In this document: one piece after another, positions 58,448-64,000 of the stretch
Layout of the letters: each line of letters starts with the position of its first letter
Numbering within the stretch: position 1 is the stretch's first letter
Origin: a virus
Reading direction: 5' to 3' (one strand)
Length of the DNA stretch: 64,000 nt
IMG/VR virus record: IMGVR_UViG_3300042508_000428
Translations under genes and position numbers: made by a program
The notes under the pieces: model-generated
Databases searched by the model: none
The model's input: only the letters and a program-made list of their open reading frames with translations
What the model was told of the DNA's origin: nothing

Positions 58448-59239
58448 ATGAAATTAATTGTAGAAAATTGGCAAAATTATATTGAAGAAGGTATTGAAGA
58501 TGGAGAGCACAACTTCAAATATTATGCTTTTGACTGGGATGATAATATTGTTGAAATGCCAACAAAAATTATTCTTTTAGATAAATCTGGTAATGAAGTT
58601 GGCATGGGAACAGAAGATTTTGCTCACTATAGAGGAATGATCGGCAAAGAAGAATTTGATTATGAAGGTGTTGTCGTAAAAGACTTCGCCTCAAATCCAT
58701 TTAGAAACTTTAGAGTTGCAGGTGATGGACAATTCTTAAAAGATATTCGTTCTGCGGAACCTGCTCCTTCTTGGAATGATTTTGTCGAATGTATTAATTC
58801 AGCATCAATTTTTGCTATTATTACAGCAAGAGGACACAAACCATCTACCCTTAAAAGAGCGGTATATAAATATATAATCTCGAATCATGATGGAATTAAT
58901 TCTGGGGAAGTAAAAAGAAATATTCAAAAATACAATAAACTTTTTAACAAAACTAATAAAGATAGTTCAATTCAGGGATACTTAGATCTTTGTAAATTCT
59001 ATCCTGTTTCTTTTGGACCAATGGCATCAATGGCAAGTCCAGAACAAGCAAAAGTTCAAGCATTAGGTGAATTTATTGATTATTGTCAAAAAATAAATAA
59101 ATATATGCCAATTAAAGTTGGTTTTTCTGACGACGATGGAAAAAATATTGATCTCATTGAGAAACACTTTGGCGAACCAAGAGAACTAGTTAGTATGACA
59201 ATTAAGTATACAGGCAAACAACATGGAGAGAAAAAATGA
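58448..59239 (+). CDS. HAD-superfamily phosphatase/nucleotidase-like protein with W-tag
   Basis: FDWDDNI (motif I), IITARGH (II), GFSDDD (IV). Confidence 0.8.
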   Translation: MKLIVENWQNYIEEGIEDGEHNFKYYAFDWDDNIVEMPTKIILLDKSGNEVGMGTEDFAHYRGMIGKEEFDYEGVVVKDFASNPFRNFRVAGDGQFLKDIRSAEPAPSWNDFVECINSASIFAIITARGHKPSTLKRAVYKYIISNHDGINSGEVKRNIQKYNKLFNKTNKDSSIQGYLDLCKFYPVSFGPMASMASPEQAKVQALGEFIDYCQKINKYMPIKVGFSDDDGKNIDLIEKHFGEPRELVSMTIKYTGKQHGEKK

Positions 59240-59616
59240 AGTTAGACATTAATACACTAAGAAAAGCAGTTAATCAAAAACTTGTTTCTGAGCAATTTGT
59301 TGGATTTGCTGAGCCAGTTGAGGTTCATCAAGGTTCTCACAGTTCTTTCGGTCATGATGATTTTGAAGAAGATCACAACTATAGTCATGATTATGAAATG
59401 CATATGGATGATGGACACACAGATGGTGGTGAAGAACAAGAAATGATTAAACAAAATCTTTTTCAACTCTCCGTTTATGCTGCCAAACTCCATGATTTAA
59501 TGGAAGAGGGTTGTGATACTGAAGAGTGGGTACAAGAAAAAATTGTAGAAGCAACCTCAAAAATTAGCGATGTTTATCACTACCTAGAATATCAACAATA
59601 TAAGAAATCGAGATAA
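59236..59616 (+). CDS. Hypothetical large-phage protein (EWVQEKI...ISDVYHYLEY)
   Basis: Coupled ORF. Confidence 0.7.
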   Translation: MKLDINTLRKAVNQKLVSEQFVGFAEPVEVHQGSHSSFGHDDFEEDHNYSHDYEMHMDDGHTDGGEEQEMIKQNLFQLSVYAAKLHDLMEEGCDTEEWVQEKIVEATSKISDVYHYLEYQQYKKSR

Positions 59617-60833
59617 TGAGAAATGATAATTTAACTCATGATTGGTTAGACTTTGTTGCCGAACACAAAGAGGCAAATAAACTTGTATTAAAAGAACAAG
59701 AAACAAAAAAAATTGGTGATGTTAACGTAATTGTTAAACATGGTTTAGAATTTAGATCTTCTGAAAGAACTAAACCAATAAAAGGCGTCGTAATTCATCA
59801 TACTGCTGGCAATACTCCTTCTGCCACTTTTGCAACCTTAAAATACAGTAAAAGTCCAAAATCTACAAATTACGAAGTAGATAAAGATGGAACAATTTAC
59901 GAATATATCCCAGCAGATAGAGTTTCTTGGGCAACTGGTGGTGGGGCAAATGAACATACAATAGGAATAGATTTAACACACCTAAGCGGAGCAAAATGGC
60001 CTCCTGCTCAAATAGATGCAGTAAGAAGACTTGTTCAAGCGTTAGCAAAAAAATATAATTTTGGATTAGTTGTTGCTCCAGATAAAGGACCAATGAGATG
60101 GCCCGAGTGGCAGAAAGAAGGTGGCGGATATACTTTGTTTAGACATAGAAATTTTGTTAATACTGGATGTCCTGAAAATTTTCCGATGGATCAATTAGCA
60201 TCTGGAGGTTCTTCAGTTTCAAGCGGTCCTGAAAATTTAACTAAATTTGATATTAGTAACCCTGAAACATATCTACCAAGTTTACTATCCACTTCTGATG
60301 ATGAAGAGCCTGGAGTTTTATCAAAGGCTTATGATTATATAAAAGATATTGGATCTTCTGCTTGGGAAAAAGTTAAATCTGTATTTACAGAATCAATTGA
60401 TGAAAAATTATTTCATGTTCAAGATAAATCCAAAAATAAAATTTATGAAAATAATAAGAAATATTTTGATTCACTTTTAATGTTCTTAAAAAAAGAACTA
60501 AAAATAACAAAACCAGTTAAAATTATCCTTGAAGAGGATGAAAAAAATTCTAAAAAAGTTTTAGGTAGAACTGGTGGATATGTAAATCAAGAAAACAAAA
60601 TTCATATCTTTGTGACCAATAGACACGTAAAAGACGTTTTAAGATCTCTTGCTCACGAGATGGTTCATCATAGACAAAACATTCGCGGAGAATTTAAGAA
60701 AAATCAACCAACGATTCATGGTTATGCACAACAAAATCCACATTTAAGAAAAATGGAAAAAGAAGCGTATTTAAAAGGAAATATGACTTTTAGAGACTGG
60801 GAAGACGATTATAAATACAGAGGTAAAAAATAA
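59616..60833 (+). CDS. N-acetylmuramoyl-L-alanine amidase fused to an HExxH metallopeptidase-like domain
   Basis: VIHHTAG, YEVDKDG, FRHRN..CP; SLAHEMVHHRQ. Confidence 0.8.
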   Translation: MRNDNLTHDWLDFVAEHKEANKLVLKEQETKKIGDVNVIVKHGLEFRSSERTKPIKGVVIHHTAGNTPSATFATLKYSKSPKSTNYEVDKDGTIYEYIPADRVSWATGGGANEHTIGIDLTHLSGAKWPPAQIDAVRRLVQALAKKYNFGLVVAPDKGPMRWPEWQKEGGGYTLFRHRNFVNTGCPENFPMDQLASGGSSVSSGPENLTKFDISNPETYLPSLLSTSDDEEPGVLSKAYDYIKDIGSSAWEKVKSVFTESIDEKLFHVQDKSKNKIYENNKKYFDSLLMFLKKELKITKPVKIILEEDEKNSKKVLGRTGGYVNQENKIHIFVTNRHVKDVLRSLAHEMVHHRQNIRGEFKKNQPTIHGYAQQNPHLRKMEKEAYLKGNMTFRDWEDDYKYRGKK

Positions 60834-62299
60834 TGTTTTTGTCCGAAAGAAGATTAAAACAATCAATATTAAAAAAACAAATTCTTAATGAATTAAATTT
60901 TTTATTAAATGAGTGGTCTCCTTTTGATGATTTTTATGTAGAAATGCCACCAGAAGATCCAAATTCTCCAACTGAAGTAACAAAAAGATTTTGTAAAAAA
61001 AATCCAAATGATCCAAATTGTCAACCATCAATCTTTTATAATGCAACAAAATTTATTCTTTATGATAATTGGGTGGAATTTTATAAAGCATTTAAGGGAG
61101 CAAACTACGAATCTATAAAAAAAATGTTTGAAATGATGGGAAAAGATACCATGTGGGTTTTAAAAAACGATCCCGTTGCTGCTATTACATATGGACTAGA
61201 TATATTGAGTATTGCTGATCCAACTGGGCTTGCGGATTTAACTCAAGGAGTTGTTCTTTTAAGTCAAGGTCAAAAAATTGGACTTTTGCCTTTAATATTT
61301 GGATCTATCCAAGTCGCTTCAAATATCGCCGCTGCCGAAACTGGTGTCGGAATATTGGGAGCTGTTGGAGTAAAAGTTACCATCATTGGACTAAAGACGA
61401 TGATAAGATCTGGAAAAATAATGGATACTTTACGTCTATTAGCAAATCCTAATATTAAAAAAGTAGTTAGCAGATTAGAAAAGAGTAATTCACCTCAGTT
61501 TAGATCTGCGGGTCAAAGTTTAAACAATGCCCACAAAAAAGCGGAGCAAATTATACAATCTGGCAAAAACATCCCTGATGGTCAAGATGGTATTAGAAAG
61601 TTAGAAGAGATTATTGGTGACAGTATATCAAAATATGATGCAACTAGTGCCAATAGATATCAAAATGTTATAGATAACATGAAAAGTGGACAACCAATTT
61701 CTACAGGCATGAGAGTGTTACAAGTTGCTGGCGCTGCTACTTCTACTGCAAGTCTTACATCTTCTGATGAACTAGCAAAAAAGAAGGAAGAAGAAAGAAA
61801 AGCAAAAGCATATGCCAGTATAAAAAACTGGTGTAAAGAAAGAGCAAACATTGAATTTTGTAATAAATTTGCAGTTATAAATAAAGAAAAGATTACAATT
61901 GAAATTCCAGAATTGAACATTAGTGGACCAAGTTCGGTTTTTGATGAAAAAATTAAAAATAGTCTAGTTTTTCGTGATTTAAAACGAAGAGAATATGATA
62001 AAACATCAGAAGAAGTAATTGAAGATATTAAAAGCGCTCTTGAGATGTGGCAAAAAAGAGCGCAAAATAATTACAACAATTTTTATCAAAATAAAACAGA
62101 ATATGGTGATCCAACAGAAAAAGATGATAAACAATATTTATCCGATGAAAGTACTGGTAAGTCGCGACCGTTTGGATCACCAGGTCTTCCGGCAACAAGA
62201 CCATACGGTTCTACAGGGCTTCCAGCATCAAGACCTCCTCGAAAAAGAAGTAGAATAGATGATGAAACAAGAGGTGGAAGGGGAGTTGTAGTTAAATAA
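60833..62299 (+). CDS. Hypothetical late protein with hydrophobic helices and C-terminal repeats ending DDETRGGRG
   Basis: 488-aa ORF. Confidence 0.7.
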   Translation: MFLSERRLKQSILKKQILNELNFLLNEWSPFDDFYVEMPPEDPNSPTEVTKRFCKKNPNDPNCQPSIFYNATKFILYDNWVEFYKAFKGANYESIKKMFEMMGKDTMWVLKNDPVAAITYGLDILSIADPTGLADLTQGVVLLSQGQKIGLLPLIFGSIQVASNIAAAETGVGILGAVGVKVTIIGLKTMIRSGKIMDTLRLLANPNIKKVVSRLEKSNSPQFRSAGQSLNNAHKKAEQIIQSGKNIPDGQDGIRKLEEIIGDSISKYDATSANRYQNVIDNMKSGQPISTGMRVLQVAGAATSTASLTSSDELAKKKEEERKAKAYASIKNWCKERANIEFCNKFAVINKEKITIEIPELNISGPSSVFDEKIKNSLVFRDLKRREYDKTSEEVIEDIKSALEMWQKRAQNNYNNFYQNKTEYGDPTEKDDKQYLSDESTGKSRPFGSPGLPATRPYGSTGLPASRPPRKRSRIDDETRGGRGVVVK

Positions 62300-62365
62300 G
62301 TAAGAAACAAAGGCAATAAAAGAAAAATAAAACTATTTAAGATATACCAAGGGTAGGAGAAGAAA

Positions 62366-63781
62366 ATGTTAATTAACGAAAAATTTTATAGTAAATTAAA
62401 AGTTAAAAATTCTGAACTTTTATATGAAAGATTATTAAAAGAAGTTACAGGTGGCGCTTCTTGGTGGGACGAGGTTGTTGCGGCAATAAAAAATCTTGAT
62501 ATGAGTAACTTGCGCACTTCTGATGTTTTTGAAGATATAATACAAGATACCATTACTTCTATAAAAAAATCTGGAAAATCACTTCCCGCAGATCTTGATG
62601 GTATTGTAAGACGAATTTATATAGAAGCCCAAAACACATTAACTGCAAAAAATGTTGATCAGATGGATCCAGCAGAAGCTGTAAAAGTTTATAATCAAAC
62701 AAAGTCTGATATTGCAAAGAAATTAAATAAAGATTTAAGCCTTGGACAAAAATCACCAACAGTAAAAGACTTTTCTCAAGGTACACAAGTTGGTGGAGCA
62801 CAAACTGGTGGAGCACAAACTGGTGGAACAACTACTGTTCGACCCGTAGACCCTCCTTTAATGCCAGTACCCGCTTCTACTTCCCTTGAAGTAGTTCAAG
62901 ATTTTTACCGTGATTTTTCAGTACGAATTGATCAACTTAAGAAAAATAGTGTTAATTTTGATGACTATGTTAAAGGTTTTTATAATCTTCTTATGGAATA
63001 TAAAAAAGCAAATCTTCCTAGGGGATTTTCTGTGCATGATTTAGCTTATATTGTTAAGTCGGATTCCGACTTAATGAAGAATGCAAATACTTGGTATAGC
63101 AGACTTTTTGATAGTTTTGTTCAAGGTAGAATTTCGGGTTTTGAAGCCGCTGCTAAATCACCACCAAATTGGTTTGAAAGAATCTTTAATAAAACTCTTG
63201 TAGGAACTGGAGCGATCGTTACAATTGGAGGCCCTGTGGCATATCTTGCTGACATGCTTGGTTATACTGGTTCTAGATACTTTCCACCAGATGGTATGGC
63301 CAAAAAATTAATAGGAGAATGTAATCGAGATATTCAAAATGCACAAAAATGGGATTGGATAACAAGATATAAATGTGAAATGGCTTCTAAAACATTTACT
63401 GAAAGTTTACGAAGTCGTCCAGCTGATGAACAACAGTTTGTAGATACTGGTTATGTTATTCTTAGAAAATTAGATGAATTAGTAAACCAAAATTTAGTTC
63501 CAGAGGCACCAAAAGAAAAACCAGCACCAAAAGATGGTGATTATACTCCAAGTCCAGCGCCTCAAAAAGCTGAAGAAGTCAATGGGCCTGAACTAAAAGT
63601 TAAAATAGTATCTAAAGAAGGAAAAACTCTTACATTTACTGTAATTAAAAGAAACGGTAAATATTATTTACCAGCAGAAACTGTAGGAGAAAAACAATTT
63701 GAGGAAGAAGAACTTAATCCAAGTATTCCAAAAGATAAAAAAATTATAGATGCATACGAAAAAGAAAGAAAAAAATCATAA
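62366..63781 (+). CDS. Hypothetical late protein with a TM-like segment
   Basis: GGAG RBS; GGAQT repeat. Confidence 0.7.
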   Translation: MLINEKFYSKLKVKNSELLYERLLKEVTGGASWWDEVVAAIKNLDMSNLRTSDVFEDIIQDTITSIKKSGKSLPADLDGIVRRIYIEAQNTLTAKNVDQMDPAEAVKVYNQTKSDIAKKLNKDLSLGQKSPTVKDFSQGTQVGGAQTGGAQTGGTTTVRPVDPPLMPVPASTSLEVVQDFYRDFSVRIDQLKKNSVNFDDYVKGFYNLLMEYKKANLPRGFSVHDLAYIVKSDSDLMKNANTWYSRLFDSFVQGRISGFEAAAKSPPNWFERIFNKTLVGTGAIVTIGGPVAYLADMLGYTGSRYFPPDGMAKKLIGECNRDIQNAQKWDWITRYKCEMASKTFTESLRSRPADEQQFVDTGYVILRKLDELVNQNLVPEAPKEKPAPKDGDYTPSPAPQKAEEVNGPELKVKIVSKEGKTLTFTVIKRNGKYYLPAETVGEKQFEEEELNPSIPKDKKIIDAYEKERKKS

Positions 63782-63802
63782 ACAATAATTTTGGGACCAA
63801 AA

Positions 63803-64000
63803 ATGAATAAATTTTTTAACAACAGAAAAAAATTTTCTAATAATATTTCACCCGCCTCTCTTTTATATGAGCAAGACGATGAATCAAGAGGTGGTAGAGG
63901 AACTGTAGCAGACGATGAATCAAGAGGTGGTAGAGGAACTGTAGCAGACGATGAATCAAGAGGTGGTAGAGGAACTCCAGTCGTAGTAAGACCAAAATCT
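63803..64000 (+). CDS. Partial ORF (runs off window) with DDESRGGRGTVA repeats
   Basis: Open frame from ATG 63803 to window end. Confidence 0.65.
   Translation, partial: MNKFFNNRKKFSNNISPASLLYEQDDESRGGRGTVADDESRGGRGTVADDESRGGRGTPVVVRPKS
63875..63976 (+). repeat. 36-bp in-frame tandem repeat, 2.8 copies
   Basis: GACGATGAATCAAGAGGTGGTAGAGGAACTGTAGCA. Confidence 0.95.

Noticed and set aside
1-64000. Alternative genetic code (stop reassignment), as in some huge phages
   Set aside because: TAA, TAG and TGA all end tightly packed genes, known proteins are full length in code 11, and no suppressor tRNA was found.

Overview
A 64-kb segment of a large (jumbo-type) tailed dsDNA phage genome. Essentially all real genes are on the + strand and use the standard code. 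No capsid, terminase or tail-sheath gene lies in the window. Three blocks are visible. (1) 1-20 kb: replication, nucleotide and chaperone genes (thyX, dnaE, dut, thioredoxin, groEL, Hsp20, SpoU methylase, DEDDh exonuclease) mixed with AT-rich late-type genes. (2) 20-49.7 kb: early/middle region of small ORFs driven by many canonical TTGACA-N17-TAnnnT promoters. It holds a MoxR/VWA pair, a C5 DNA methylase, an HNH nuclease, 14 tRNAs, a tmRNA, several unannotated structured RNAs, and a GC-rich early module headed by six tandem promoters and an rrn-type boxA. (3) 49.8-64 kb: AT-rich late genes preceded by an ACTATTTA motif, including a lysis cassette and many proteins that share an N-terminal (E/N/D)-W..[FY]..[ILV]xE tag. 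Best candidates for new biology: an rrn-operon-like early promoter and antitermination array; a shared capsid-targeting-like tag on diverse enzymes (kinase, GNAT, exonuclease, HAD phosphatase, lysozyme, amidase); a split Bsp6I-like (GCNGC) restriction-modification pair; and structured, tRNA-mimicking ncRNAs with a repeated CGAUUGGAA loop. All domain assignments come from motif recognition by eye, not database searches. Coordinates were counted by hand and may be off by 1-2 nt.
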